NCBI GenBank assembly: GCA_041642315.1
Contig: JBEPWQ010000001.1
Span: 1-61,040 of the forward strand
From: Desulfobacteraceae bacterium
GTDB taxonomy: Bacteria > Desulfobacterota > Desulfobacteria > Desulfobacterales > Desulfococcaceae
Reading direction: 5' to 3'
Length of the DNA: 61,040 bases
Position numbers and translations under genes: made by a program
Shown: in pieces, positions 36,046 through 45,982 of the stretch
Numbering within the stretch: position 1 is the first letter of the stretch
Layout: the number at the start of each line of letters is the position of its first letter
Notes under the pieces: generated by a model
The model's database searches: none
Told to the model about the DNA's origin: nothing
Seen by the model: the letters and a program-made list of their open reading frames with translations, nothing else

Positions 36046-36951
36046 TCAGCTCGGAAAGATCATTTTGCCGGTGGTGGAAAGATCGTACCCTGCCATGGCG
36101 GCGGCGGCGTTCAGAAATTCCGGCTCGTGCAGCATCCCGAAAAAGAGCTGCACCCCTTCATCGAAGAAGCGCTCCTTGGTGACCAGAAGGTCGAATCGCT
36201 CCCACCGCAGGGGAATGAAATCGAGGTTCAGAATTTGACCGATCGGCCGAATGGACGGGGCTGCGTCCGCTTTACCGGAGAGGATTTCCAGCCCCACATC
36301 CAGGTGCTTGGGGATTTCCCGGTCGTATCCGTCGAGGGTTTCTCCTGAAATGTCGGCTTTTTTGAGTTCCAAATCAAAAAGCAGCCGGGTTCCGGTTCCC
36401 ACCGGGCGGTTGACGATCTTGAGATCTTTTCGGGCGAGGTCCGTTATTCCGTGAATCGCCTTCGGATTGTCCTTTTGAACCAGAATGCCCTGTTCCCGCC
36501 GGCAGAAATTGACCACGGCCGGGGATCTTTCCAATTCCCGGGTGGCGAATTCGAAATTATACTCCTTTTCGTTTTCCTCAAGCAGGTGGCTCGAGGCGAC
36601 ATGGCAGAGATTTTGCCGCAAGGCCCGAATTCCGCCCATGGACCCCAGATTTCCGAAAACCGCTACATGTTCCGGATACAGCTGATTGAACACCGAGAGG
36701 GATTTGTCCAGAAGCGGATCATTGCTGCCGGCCAGGATGAGCAGTCCGTGATAGGGGGGAAGCTGCGTGGTGGGTTCGGGGTAGTTGAGGGTGTTGTTTT
36801 CGATCCACTGCTCCACCAGGTGCCGGGGAAAGAGCCATTTCCCCGTGATTTTGGTTGCCGGCAATCCCTTTTCGGAGATCAGGGAATAGACCATTTTTTC
36901 ATTGATATCCAGAAACTTCGCCACTTGCTTGGTTGAAAACATCTCCTTCAT
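36046..36951 (-). CDS. Transcriptional regulator: excisionase/MerR-type HTH fused to a periplasmic-binding-protein-like domain
   Basis: N-terminal FSTKQVAKFLDINEKMVYSLISEKGLPATKITGKWLFPRHLVEQWI (excisionase-family HTH), followed by a ~230-aa PBP-like ligand-binding domain. Confidence 0.75.
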   Translation of the reverse strand: MKEMFSTKQVAKFLDINEKMVYSLISEKGLPATKITGKWLFPRHLVEQWIENNTLNYPEPTTQLPPYHGLLILAGSNDPLLDKSLSVFNQLYPEHVAVFGNLGSMGGIRALRQNLCHVASSHLLEENEKEYNFEFATRELERSPAVVNFCRREQGILVQKDNPKAIHGITDLARKDLKIVNRPVGTGTRLLFDLELKKADISGETLDGYDREIPKHLDVGLEILSGKADAAPSIRPIGQILNLDFIPLRWERFDLLVTKERFFDEGVQLFFGMLHEPEFLNAAAAMAGYDLSTTGKMIFPS

Positions 36952-37107
36952 CAGATGCGCCTCTGGTCATTTCAATGGTTAGGGGCCCGGCTGCATAAAT
37001 TCGATTCTTTTCTTGATACTATATGGTTGGTGCGGACTGTGTCAACCGGAGATTTCCGCGGCCTCGCACCGGTGAATTCTGTGTTTTCAGTCTGTAAGGA
37101 CCAGGGA

Positions 37108-37240
37108 CCATTCACCGTTTCGGCCCGGGATATTTTCCCGGCACGGCAAGAACTCGCTGTCGCTCAAACAGCTTCCCGGCCCGGGAAAATATCCCGGGGT
37201 GGCCTTCCTAATTATTCAAATTTGGTCGAACCGGGCGATT
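37108..37240. repeat. Nested palindromic intergenic element, copy 2
   Basis: Shares the flank ttcaccgtttcggcc, the loop caagaactcgctgtcgctcaaacagcttc (26/29 identical to copy 1) and the right flank ggggtggcct.cct with copy 1. The arms cccgggatattttcccgg (37124-37141) and ccgggaaaatatcccggg (37181-37198) are perfectly complementary but differ in sequence from the copy 1 arms. Confidence 0.8.
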
Positions 37241-37256
37241 CGGGGAGGTTAAGATT

Positions 37257-37285
37257 TTGACATTTAATCCCTTCTCTGTTAAATC
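37257..37285 (+). promoter_or_regulatory. Candidate sigma70 promoter for the ABC transporter operon
   Basis: TTGACA (37257-37262), 17-nt spacer, TAAATC (37280-37285), about 80 nt upstream of ATG 37367. Confidence 0.35.
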
Positions 37286-37366
37286 TTTTACCAGTTAGAC
37301 CGGAGATGAGGAGGTAAAAATGTTTTTAGGATTTGATCAAACACTTTTGGAGAAAGGAAAATTCGT

Positions 37367-38980
37367 ATGCTCAAGAGAGTGACCATTCTGCTGTTTTCCA
37401 TTGTGTTTCTTTTTTCGGGGTACGCCCTTGCAGCCGAACCCCAACAGGGGGGAACCGTCGTATTCGGGCGGGGCGGCGACAGCGCCGGTCTGGACCCGGC
37501 TTTTGAAACCGACGGCAACTCCTTCATGATCTGCGACAATGTTTTTGATCAGCTGGTGCTCTACGCCGATGAATCGACGGAGACGGTGCCGGGTCTGGCG
37601 ACATCCTGGGATATTTCCTGGGATGGGCTCACTTACACCTTTCACCTTCGAGAAGGGGTCAAATTCCACGACGGCACCGAAATGAACGCCGATGCGGTGG
37701 TTTTTTCCATCGGCCGCATGATGAAAGAAAAGAGGGTCAAGTTCCACAAAGACGAGTGGGAATTCCCGGAGAAACAGCCGCCGGCCGAATACTGGCTCAG
37801 CATGGAGATGGACGACACCATCGGCAGCATCGAGGCGGTGGACAACCACACCGTGGTGTTTCGCCTGAAACGGCGGGAAGCCCCGTTCATCGCCAATATG
37901 GCCATGGATTTCGCCGCCATCGTGAGCCCTACGGCGGTGCTCAAGCTGAAGGATGATTTCCGGTCCAATCCGGTGGGCACCGGCCCCTTCAAGTTCGTGA
38001 AGTGGATCAAAGACGACCGGATTATTCTGGAAGCCAATCCGGATTACTGGAACGGCCGGCCCCACCTCGACCAGGTGATATTCCGGGTGATTCCCGACAA
38101 CTCGGTCCGGTTTCTGGAGCTCAAGACCGGCAATATCGACATCTGCCAGTTCCCCAACCCTGAAGACATCGACCTGGCCAAACAGGACAAGAACCTGAAG
38201 CTGGTCTCCCAGCCGGGCATGAACATCGGGTATGTCAGCTTTAACCATACCAAACCGCTGTGGCAGGACAAACAGATCCGCAGGGCCTTGGCCTACGCCA
38301 TCAATAAAAAGTCCATCGTCGACAACATCTACTACGGCCTTGGGCAGGTGGCCAAGAACACCATTCCGCCCACCCTCTGGGGATACAACGACGAGATCGA
38401 GGATTATCCCTATGATCCCAAGATGGCCAAATCCCTGCTGGAAGAGGCCGGATTCTTTCAGAAACTCAAGGATGCCGGACAGGAGAAGATCACCCTCTGG
38501 TCCATGCCGGTGCCCCGGCCCTACAACCCCAACGGGATGAAGGTGGGCGAGGCGATTCAGGCCAACCTCAAGGACGTCGGCATCGACGTGGAACTGGTGA
38601 CCTTTGAATGGGGTACTTATCTGAAGAAGCAGCGGAACCAGCCGCCGGAGATGGACCTGTTTCAGCTGGGATGGACCGGCGACAACGGAGATCCGGACAA
38701 CTTCCTGGCGGTCCTTCTGGACGGCCTGGCCGATCCCAACGTGCGGACCCAGTGGAAAAACGAGGAATATCACGACACCATTCTCAAGGCCAAACAGGCG
38801 ACCTCCCGGGAAGAGCGGGTTGAGCTGTATCGCCACGCACAGGTGCTGATCCATGAGGAGGTGCCGATGATCAACATCGCCCATTCCCTGGTGGTATGGC
38901 CCATGAAGCAGCGGGTCATGAACTTCAAGCTGCACCCCACCGCCAGTGTGCGCATGCACCAGGTCTGGGTGAAAAAGTAA
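37367..38980 (+). CDS. ABC transporter substrate-binding protein, family 5 (peptide/nickel, DppA/OppA-like)
   Basis: Signal peptide ...GYALAAEP, GGTVVFG, LVLYADESTETVPGLATSW, FKFVKW, and RRALAYAINK motifs of SBP_bac_5. Confidence 0.9.
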   Translation: MLKRVTILLFSIVFLFSGYALAAEPQQGGTVVFGRGGDSAGLDPAFETDGNSFMICDNVFDQLVLYADESTETVPGLATSWDISWDGLTYTFHLREGVKFHDGTEMNADAVVFSIGRMMKEKRVKFHKDEWEFPEKQPPAEYWLSMEMDDTIGSIEAVDNHTVVFRLKRREAPFIANMAMDFAAIVSPTAVLKLKDDFRSNPVGTGPFKFVKWIKDDRIILEANPDYWNGRPHLDQVIFRVIPDNSVRFLELKTGNIDICQFPNPEDIDLAKQDKNLKLVSQPGMNIGYVSFNHTKPLWQDKQIRRALAYAINKKSIVDNIYYGLGQVAKNTIPPTLWGYNDEIEDYPYDPKMAKSLLEEAGFFQKLKDAGQEKITLWSMPVPRPYNPNGMKVGEAIQANLKDVGIDVELVTFEWGTYLKKQRNQPPEMDLFQLGWTGDNGDPDNFLAVLLDGLADPNVRTQWKNEEYHDTILKAKQATSREERVELYRHAQVLIHEEVPMINIAHSLVVWPMKQRVMNFKLHPTASVRMHQVWVKK

Positions 38981-38988
38981 GTCAACAC

Positions 38989-39022
38989 CCGGGGCCGGTC
39001 GGGCACACCTCGACGGCCCCGG
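38989..39022 (+). promoter_or_regulatory. Intercistronic stem-loop after the binding-protein gene
   Basis: 9-bp GC stem ccggggccg / cggccccgg with a 16-nt loop and no U tract. The position is typical of mRNA-stabilising or partial-terminator hairpins after SBP genes. Confidence 0.4.
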
Positions 39023-39087
39023 ATTCTCCGGGATCGCCGAGTCGTACTCGACACAATATCCCGGAACGCGGGCTGTAAGGAGATCTA

Positions 39088-40092
39088 TTGTCCCGGTTCA
39101 TTCTGCGCCGATTCCTGTCCCTGATTCCGACCGTATTGGGGATTTCCATTCTGGTTTTTTTTATGATTCATCTCATACCCGGAGACCCGGCCGAGATGAT
39201 GCTGGGGGAGCGGGCTTCGGAGGAATCCCTCAAACAGCTGCGGGAACAGCTGGGATTGAATGAACCGCTTTATGTCCAATACGGGCTGTTCATGTCCCGC
39301 CTGGTGCGGGGGGACCTGGGAAGGGCCCTTCGCACCAATGAAAAGATCACCACCGAAATCATGCAGCGGTTTCCGGCCACCATCGAACTCTCCCTGGCGG
39401 CCATCCTCATCGCCACCGTGTTCGGCATGCTGGCCGGGATCATTTCGGCCACCCGCCAGTACTCGTTCTTCGACTATATCAGCATGGTGGTCTCCCTGAT
39501 CGGGGTTTCCATGCCGATCTTCTGGCTGGGGCTGGTCCTGATGATCATCTTTTCCCTGCACCTCGGCTGGCTTCCGCTCTCCGGCCGCCTGAGCTACTTC
39601 ATCGAACTGGAAACCATCACCAATCTCTACGTCATCGACAGCATTCTCACCGGCAACTGGACCGCCTTCAAAGATGCGGTCTGGCACCTGATCATGCCGG
39701 CCTTCACCCTCAGCACCATTCCCATGGCGATCATCGCCCGCATTACCCGGTCGTCTATGCTGGAGGTGCTTCGGCAGGACTACATCCGCACCGCCAAGGC
39801 CAAGGGGCTGTCGCCGGTGACGGTCTACCTCAAACACGGGCTCAAAAACGCCATGATTCCGGTCATCACCGTGATCGGGCTTCAGTTCGGGATTCTGATG
39901 GGCGGGGCCATTCTGACCGAGACCATCTTCGCCTGGCCGGGCATCGGCAACTGGATACTGAATGCGGTCTACGCCCGGGACTTCAACGCGGTTCAGGGCG
40001 GCACCATGCTGGTGGCCACGGTCTTTGTGCTGATCAACCTGGTGGTGGATATTCTCTATGCATGGGTCAACCCCCGAATCAAGGTGAGCTGA
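39088..40092 (+). CDS. ABC transporter permease (DppB/OppB-like)
   Basis: TTG start after AAGGAG. N-terminal FILRRFLSLIPTVLGISILVFFMIHLIPGDP and the EAA-loop region YIRTAKAKGLS. Confidence 0.9.
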   Translation: MSRFILRRFLSLIPTVLGISILVFFMIHLIPGDPAEMMLGERASEESLKQLREQLGLNEPLYVQYGLFMSRLVRGDLGRALRTNEKITTEIMQRFPATIELSLAAILIATVFGMLAGIISATRQYSFFDYISMVVSLIGVSMPIFWLGLVLMIIFSLHLGWLPLSGRLSYFIELETITNLYVIDSILTGNWTAFKDAVWHLIMPAFTLSTIPMAIIARITRSSMLEVLRQDYIRTAKAKGLSPVTVYLKHGLKNAMIPVITVIGLQFGILMGGAILTETIFAWPGIGNWILNAVYARDFNAVQGGTMLVATVFVLINLVVDILYAWVNPRIKVS

Positions 40093-41009
40093 TGACGACC
40101 ACGGCGGCGGAACAGCCCGGGCAGGCCCCCAGGGGGGCGGCTGAAAAGTCACGAAGCCCTTTGTGGGAGGCCCTGCTTCGGCTTCGCAAAAACAAGATCG
40201 CTATGGCCGGGCTGGTGATCATCTCCCTTTTCCTGATCATGGCCCTGTTTTCCCCCTGGATCGCTCCCCATGATCCCCTGGAACAATCCCTCTATGACAA
40301 ACTTCAACCCCCGGTTTGGGAAGAGACGGGGACCTGGACCTATCCCCTGGGTACCGACGATTTCGGCCGGGATCTTCTGAGCCGGATCATCTACGGATCA
40401 CGAATCTCCATGCTGGTGGGGGTGGTAGCGGTCACCATCTCTCTTTTTTTCGGAACCCTGGCCGGTGCCGTGGCCGGATTTTACGGGGGGATCATCGACA
40501 ACATCATCATGCGGCTGATGGACATTCTCCTGGCCTTTCCCTCGATTCTGCTGGCCATCGTCATCGTGGCCTTTCTGGGGCCCAGCCTGGAGAACGCCAT
40601 GATCGCCATCGGGGTGGTCTCCATTCCCCGGTATGCGCGCATCGTCCGCGGATCGGTGCTGGAGGAGTACTCCAAAGATTATGTCCAGTCGGCCCGGGCT
40701 CTGGGGGCCCGGGATACCCGGCTGATCTTCGTCCACATCCTGCCCAACTGTCTGGCGCCGCTCATCGTTCAGACCACACTGGGGTTCGCTTCGGCCATTC
40801 TGGAGGCGGCGGCCTTGAGTTTTCTCGGTCTGGGTGCCCAACCCCCGACACCGGAATGGGGCGCTATGCTGGCCAACGGCCGAGCCCTGATCCTTCGGGC
40901 CTGGTGGGCGGTCACCTTTCCCGGGGTGATGATCCTTTGCGCCGTGCTCGGGTTCAATCTCCTAGGCGACGGGCTGCGGGACGCCCTGGACCCCCGGCTG
41001 CGGGAATAG
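40092..41009 (+). CDS. ABC transporter permease (DppC/OppC-like)
   Basis: ATG 40092 overlaps the upstream stop (ORF track start 40062). PLGTDDFGRDLLSRIIYGSRISM and YVQSARALGA motifs. Confidence 0.9.
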   Translation: MTTTAAEQPGQAPRGAAEKSRSPLWEALLRLRKNKIAMAGLVIISLFLIMALFSPWIAPHDPLEQSLYDKLQPPVWEETGTWTYPLGTDDFGRDLLSRIIYGSRISMLVGVVAVTISLFFGTLAGAVAGFYGGIIDNIIMRLMDILLAFPSILLAIVIVAFLGPSLENAMIAIGVVSIPRYARIVRGSVLEEYSKDYVQSARALGARDTRLIFVHILPNCLAPLIVQTTLGFASAILEAAALSFLGLGAQPPTPEWGAMLANGRALILRAWWAVTFPGVMILCAVLGFNLLGDGLRDALDPRLRE

Positions 41010-41021
41010 GAGGTGGCCTCG

Positions 41022-42011
41022 GTGACCGAACCGTTGTTGGAAGTCAAAGGGCTCAAAACCTATTTTTTCACCGACCGGGGCATCGCCTGCGCGGTGGATG
41101 ACGTCAGCTTTTCCATCGAACCGGGCCGGACCCTGGCCATCGTGGGAGAATCCGGATGCGGCAAAAGCGTCACCTCTTTGTCTGTGATGCGGCTCATTCC
41201 AACCCCGCCGGGCCGGATCACCGCGGGAGAGATCCTCTTCAACGGAACCGATCTGCTCAAGGTATCCGAAAAGCGAATGCGGTCGATTCGGGGCAACCAG
41301 ATCTCCATGATCTTTCAGGAGCCGATGACCTCCCTCAATCCGGTATTTCGAGTGCGGGAGCAGATTTCGGAGGTGTTGAAACTGCACCAGAAAATGGGAA
41401 AGGCCGAGGCCCTGGACAAGGCCGTGGATCTGCTTCGGCAGGTGGGCATTCCATCCCCGGAATCCCGGGTTCACGACTATCCCCACCAGATGAGCGGGGG
41501 CATGCGGCAGCGGGTGATGATCGCTATGGCCCTGGCCTGCGACCCCCGGCTGATCATCGCCGATGAACCCACCACCGCCCTGGATGTCACCATTCAGGCC
41601 CAGATACTGGAGCTGATGGACAACCTGCGGGACAATACCGGCGCCGCCATTCTGCTGATCACCCATGATCTCGGGGTGGTGGCCGAAACCGCCGAGCACG
41701 TGGTGGTCATGTACGCCGGCCGGGTGGTGGAGGAGGCGGAAGTCAAGGACCTCTTCAATGATCCGCTGCATCCGTATACCCGGGGGTTGATGCGGTCCAT
41801 TCCCGGCACCTCGGCGGAAACCGACCGAAGCCGTCTGGAGGCTATCCCCGGGGTGGTGCCGAGCCTTCTGAACCTGCCCAGAGGGTGCAAGTTCAACGAA
41901 CGGTGCCGCCATGCCTTTGACCGGTGTTTGGAAGCGGAGCCCGGGCTGCTGGCGCCCAAAACCGGCCACTTGGTACGGTGCTGGCTGTTCGAAGACAAGG
42001 AGGGCGAATGA
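41022..42011 (+). CDS. ABC transporter ATP-binding protein (DppD/OppD-like)
   Basis: ORF from GTG 41013; GTG 41022 sits 8 nt after AGGAGG. Walker A GESGCGKS, signature MSGGMRQR, Walker [12 protein letters not shown], oligopeptide C-terminal domain. Confidence 0.9.
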   Translation: MTEPLLEVKGLKTYFFTDRGIACAVDDVSFSIEPGRTLAIVGESGCGKSVTSLSVMRLIPTPPGRITAGEILFNGTDLLKVSEKRMRSIRGNQISMIFQEPMTSLNPVFRVREQISEVLKLHQKMGKAEALDKAVDLLRQVGIPSPESRVHDYPHQMSGGMRQRVMIAMALACDPRLIIADEPTTALDVTIQAQILELMDNLRDNTGAAILLITHDLGVVAETAEHVVVMYAGRVVEEAEVKDLFNDPLHPYTRGLMRSIPGTSAETDRSRLEAIPGVVPSLLNLPRGCKFNERCRHAFDRCLEAEPGLLAPKTGHLVRCWLFEDKEGE

Positions 42012-43003
42012 CGCGCCGGGACAACCCCGACAAACTGGTGGTTCTGAAAGGGATTCGAAAGTATTATCCGGTCAAGGAGGGCGGCCTGATCGGAGAAAAG
42101 AGCGCCGTCAAGGCGGTGGACGGGGTCGACCTGGACATTCACCGGGGAGAGACGCTTGGGCTGGTGGGGGAATCCGGCTGCGGCAAGTCGACCCTCGGCC
42201 GGGTCATCCTGCGGCTGGAACCGCCCACTCAGGGAGAGATCTATTTCGACGGAGAGGATGTCCTGGCCATGTCATCCAATCAGATGCATGGACTGCGCCG
42301 CCGAATGCAGATCATTTTTCAAGACCCTTATTCCTCCCTCAATCCCCGCCAGACGGTGGGCGGGATCATCGGCGAAGGGCTGTTGATTCATAAGGTGGGG
42401 ACCAAATCCGAACGGACCGAGCGGGTCCGCCACATCATGGAGGTGGTGGGGCTTCGGCCGGAATACATCAACCGGTATCCCCACGAGTTTTCAGGTGGAC
42501 AGCGGCAGCGCATCGGGGTGGGCCGGGCCCTGGCCCTTCAGCCGGAGCTGATCATCTGCGACGAGCCGGTCTCGGCGCTGGACGTCTCCATTCAGGCCCA
42601 GGTGATCAACCTTCTGATGGATCTTCAGGAGGAGTTTCACCTTACCTATCTTTTCGTCTCCCACGATCTGTCGGTGGTTCGGCACATCAGCGACCGGGTG
42701 GCGGTGATGTATCTGGGTCGGCTGGTGGAGCTGGCCGATAAGCGGGAATTGTATGACAACCCGCTTCATCCCTACACCCGGGCCCTTCTGGAGGCGGCCC
42801 CGGTGCCGAACGCCAATGTGGTGAAAAACCGCAAGGGGCTCACCGGGGACATGCCCAGCCCGCTGTCGCCGCCCCCGGGGTGCCACTTTCACACCCGCTG
42901 CCCCCATGTGATGGACCGGTGCCGGGAGAAGGTTCCGGCCTTTCAGGAGCATAAACCGCGTCACTGGGTGCGGTGCTTTCTGTACAGTGACAAAACCGCG
43001 TAA
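42008..43003 (+). CDS. ABC transporter ATP-binding protein (DppF/OppF-like)
   Basis: ATG 42008 overlaps the upstream stop (ORF track start 41924). [28 protein letters not shown]. Confidence 0.9.
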   Translation: MTRRDNPDKLVVLKGIRKYYPVKEGGLIGEKSAVKAVDGVDLDIHRGETLGLVGESGCGKSTLGRVILRLEPPTQGEIYFDGEDVLAMSSNQMHGLRRRMQIIFQDPYSSLNPRQTVGGIIGEGLLIHKVGTKSERTERVRHIMEVVGLRPEYINRYPHEFSGGQRQRIGVGRALALQPELIICDEPVSALDVSIQAQVINLLMDLQEEFHLTYLFVSHDLSVVRHISDRVAVMYLGRLVELADKRELYDNPLHPYTRALLEAAPVPNANVVKNRKGLTGDMPSPLSPPPGCHFHTRCPHVMDRCREKVPAFQEHKPRHWVRCFLYSDKTA

Positions 43004-43038
43004 TTTTTTAAATCGTTTAGCCTTGAAACTATGAATTC

Positions 43039-44460
43039 ATGAATCAAACACCCGATCATTTTCCCGAAGAAACGCCCGACCAGGAGCCTTTTTCCGAGGA
43101 TCCGGGCATCACCAAGATGTTTCAACCCTACCAGTGGTTTTTCAGCAGCGAGGTATTCAGCAGCGCCCTGCTTCTGTTTACCTCCCTCAGCGCCGTCTAC
43201 TGGGCCAATTCCGAACTGGCCGAGCTGTATCACCGCATACTGCACACCGAAATCTCTCTGTTTTTCGGAGAGGCGCATTTCGGACGCTCCCTTCTGCACT
43301 GGATCAACGACGGCCTGATGACCCTGTTTTTCTTTACGGTGGGTCTCGAGATCAAGCGGGAGATCCTGGTGGGGGAATTGGCCTCTCCCAAAAAAGCGCT
43401 CCTGCCGGTGATCGCGGCCCTGGGCGGGATGATCTTTCCGGGGGCCATTTATCTGTTTTTTAATTACGGAACTCCCAGTGCGGGCGGATGGGGGGTGCCC
43501 ATGGCCACCGACATCGCTTTTTCCCTGGGCGCCATCGCTCTGTTCGGAACCCGGCTTCCGCTGGGTCTGCGGGTATTTCTGGCTGCCTTCGCCATCGCCG
43601 ACGACCTGGGGGCGGTATTGATCATCGCCGTTTTCTATACCAAAACCATCTCCCTGGTCCACATCATTGTCGCGGGCCATTTCATTCTGGGGCTGGTTCT
43701 GGCGAATCTCCTCTTCATTCGATGGATACCGCTCTACGGCATTCTGGGGTTCGGCACCTGGGTCGCGGTCCTGGGGTCGGGGATTCACCCGACCATCGCC
43801 GGAGTCATTGTGGCCCTTCTGGTGCCGGCCCAGGGCAAATACAATACCCTCGGGTTTGTGGAACGGGTGCGGGGGGTGATGGCGGATTTCCGGTGCCATG
43901 AGCAGAGCTGCGACCATGTCCACGGCATTCTGCTCAACGAGGGGCACCTCAACGCGGTCCACACCCTGGAGATCGCCTGCCATGACGTGGAAACCCCGCT
44001 GCAGCGACTGGAGCATGCGCTCCATCCCTGGGTGGCTTATCTGATTCTGCCGCTGTTCGCTCTCGGAAACGCGGGTCTCTCCTTTCACGGCATGACGCTG
44101 GCCGACTCCATTGCGCATCCGGTCACCCTCGGCATCATCCTCGGTCTGTTCGTGGGCAAACCCTTGGGGATCGTGCTCTTCTCTTTTGCCGCCGTCAAGC
44201 TCGGGGTGGCCTCCCTGCCGGAAAGGGTGAACTGGGGCCATATTGCCGGTGCGGCCCTGCTGGGGGGCATCGGATTTACCATGTCGCTGTTTGTTTCCGG
44301 CCTTTTTTTCGCTTCCCCGGCCCTGCTCAATTATTCCAAACTGGGGATTTTATCCGGATCGATTCTCTCGGCACTCGGGGGGGTGATTTTTCTCGGCTTT
44401 TTCAGCGGCAGACCGGCGGAGGAGTTGGATGCGGAGGAGGCCTTCGAAGCATTGCCTTAG
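43039..44460 (+). CDS. nhaA: Na+/H+ antiporter NhaA with a ~30-aa acidic N-terminal extension
   Basis: WINDGLMTLFFFTVGLEIKRE, WGVPMATDIAF and AIADDLGAVLIIAVFY are NhaA signatures. Confidence 0.9.
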   Translation: MNQTPDHFPEETPDQEPFSEDPGITKMFQPYQWFFSSEVFSSALLLFTSLSAVYWANSELAELYHRILHTEISLFFGEAHFGRSLLHWINDGLMTLFFFTVGLEIKREILVGELASPKKALLPVIAALGGMIFPGAIYLFFNYGTPSAGGWGVPMATDIAFSLGAIALFGTRLPLGLRVFLAAFAIADDLGAVLIIAVFYTKTISLVHIIVAGHFILGLVLANLLFIRWIPLYGILGFGTWVAVLGSGIHPTIAGVIVALLVPAQGKYNTLGFVERVRGVMADFRCHEQSCDHVHGILLNEGHLNAVHTLEIACHDVETPLQRLEHALHPWVAYLILPLFALGNAGLSFHGMTLADSIAHPVTLGIILGLFVGKPLGIVLFSFAAVKLGVASLPERVNWGHIAGAALLGGIGFTMSLFVSGLFFASPALLNYSKLGILSGSILSALGGVIFLGFFSGRPAEELDAEEAFEALP

Positions 44461-44541
44461 GCGGATGAGGGGTTATGTTTAGGGTAATGTGGAATGCGGT
44501 CGCTTTACCAATCTTCAATCAAGACGAAGGAGGAATTGTTC

Positions 44542-44775
44542 ATGAAAGATAAGGAAGAGATTTTGAGGAATATCGAAGCCGCTTTGAACGAATTCGTATC
44601 TCAGGATGTTCAGGGGCCCATGAAAGAAGAGATGCGGATGGCTGTCTCCAAATTCTTCAAGGAAGAGGTCAGCAAATACGGGGATGAGGAGCTGAAAGAG
44701 AAATTCAAAAACCCCGACGCCGTGGTCAAACAGTTTTCCGAGTTTCTGGAGCGGACCAAATGCATAGTCTGTTGA
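44542..44775 (+). CDS. Small Lys/Glu-rich hypothetical protein ending in CIVC
   Basis: ATG 44542 follows GAAGGAGG (ORF track start 44494). 77 aa, predicted helical, AT-richer than its neighbours. Confidence 0.45.
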   Translation: MKDKEEILRNIEAALNEFVSQDVQGPMKEEMRMAVSKFFKEEVSKYGDEELKEKFKNPDAVVKQFSEFLERTKCIVC

Positions 44776-44925
44776 TCCCCGGGATAAACAGGTCCGAACC
44801 GTGAACCGGCTTCAGTCTGTCGGGTATTCGATGCCTATATGTATCCTCTCGCCCTGGCCCTGCTTGTCGGGCCGGGGCAGTCCGCCGTCGGCCCTGCATA
44901 TTTCTCCCTATTTCAGCGCCGCCAT

Positions 44926-44953
44926 CTTGCCCCGATCAAAAACATCCCTATAT
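44926..44953 (+). promoter_or_regulatory. Possible sigma32 (heat-shock)-type promoter upstream of htpX
   Basis: CTTGCCC (44926-44932), 13-nt spacer, CCCTATAT (44946-44953), compared with the consensus CTTGAAA-N13-15-CCCCATNT. About 80 nt upstream of the htpX ATG. Confidence 0.25.
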
Positions 44954-45033
44954 TTACTGCGCAAACTGACATAACTGTAATTCCGTTTTCGACGGCGTTC
45001 GAATCGATTTTTGAAATATAGGAGGACATAAAG

Positions 45034-45963
45034 ATGAACGGAAACCAGATCAAAACCACCCTGCTGCTGGCGGTTCTGACCGTCTTCATTATGCTGATCG
45101 GCCGGATGATCGGCGGCCAGGGCGGAATGGCATTCGCCCTGATATTCGCGGCGGGCATAAACTTCTTCAGCTACTGGTACTCGGACAAAATCGTGCTCAA
45201 GATGTACCGCGCCCGGGAGGTGGGCCGGAATGAGGCTCCGGACCTTTATGAAATCGTGAGCGGGTTGGCTCGAAGTGCGGATCTGCCGATGCCGCGGCTC
45301 TTTATCATTCCGCAGGACAGCCCCAATGCCTTCGCTACCGGGCGCAACCCCAAACATGCGGTGGTGGCGGTGACCGAGGGCCTGCTTCGGATCATGAACC
45401 GGAATGAGATTCGAGGGGTGCTGGCTCATGAGCTTTCGCATGTCAAGGATCGGGACATCCTGGTCAGCTCGATAGCGGCCACCATGGCCGGGGCCATCAT
45501 GTTCCTGGCGAATATGGCTCGCTGGTCCGCCATTTTCGGGGGAATCGGCGGCGGCGATGAGGAAGGCGGAATGGGTATGATCGGCCTGATCCTGACCTCC
45601 ATCCTGGCGCCTATCGCGGCCATGATCATCCAGATGGCCATTTCCCGGTCTCGCGAATACCTGGCCGATGAAGAGGGCGCCAAAATCGCCGGGGATCCGG
45701 AAGGACTGGCCAGCGCCCTGGAAAAGCTGGGGGCCTATTCCGGCAAGGTGCCGATGCATGCCAACCCCGCGACCTCCCATATGTTCATCGTCAACCCGCT
45801 CTCCGGTCGCAGCCTGGTGCATCTTTTTTCAACCCATCCCCCGCTGGAGGAGCGGATCGCCCGTCTGCGGGGCCGTCGGGCGCAGCCTGGCGGCGGGCAA
45901 CGCACCGGGAATTCATCCCGGCCCATGGCCGGCGGTGAAAATATGTGGGATCGGCTTCGTTGA
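45034..45963 (+). CDS. htpX: Zinc metalloprotease HtpX (M48 family)
   Basis: HELSHV zinc motif, [23 protein letters not shown]. Four TM segments. Confidence 0.95.
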   Translation: MNGNQIKTTLLLAVLTVFIMLIGRMIGGQGGMAFALIFAAGINFFSYWYSDKIVLKMYRAREVGRNEAPDLYEIVSGLARSADLPMPRLFIIPQDSPNAFATGRNPKHAVVAVTEGLLRIMNRNEIRGVLAHELSHVKDRDILVSSIAATMAGAIMFLANMARWSAIFGGIGGGDEEGGMGMIGLILTSILAPIAAMIIQMAISRSREYLADEEGAKIAGDPEGLASALEKLGAYSGKVPMHANPATSHMFIVNPLSGRSLVHLFSTHPPLEERIARLRGRRAQPGGGQRTGNSSRPMAGGENMWDRLR

Positions 45964-45982
45964 AATGTTCGGATGATCGGGT

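Noticed and set aside
35165-36238. 357-aa plus-strand ORF spanning the SDR gene and the intergenic region
   Set aside because: It is antisense to an SDR with perfect TGxxxGxG and YxxxK motifs. Its translation is Gly-rich and featureless, and it would also run through the terminator region.
37337-38959. 540-aa ORF on the minus strand, the longest of many long antisense ORFs in the track. Others include 596-1684, 6329-7495, 10548-11615, 24824-26041, 26452-27600, 30850-32673, 33555-34430, 39085-40152, 40962-41969, 42961-44241, 44908-45822, 47249-48373 and 55269-56609.
   Set aside because: Each lies entirely antisense to a gene with clear family motifs. Their translations are low-complexity and rich in Gly/Arg/Pro/His/Asp, typical of shadow ORFs in GC-rich DNA, and I recognised no motifs in them.
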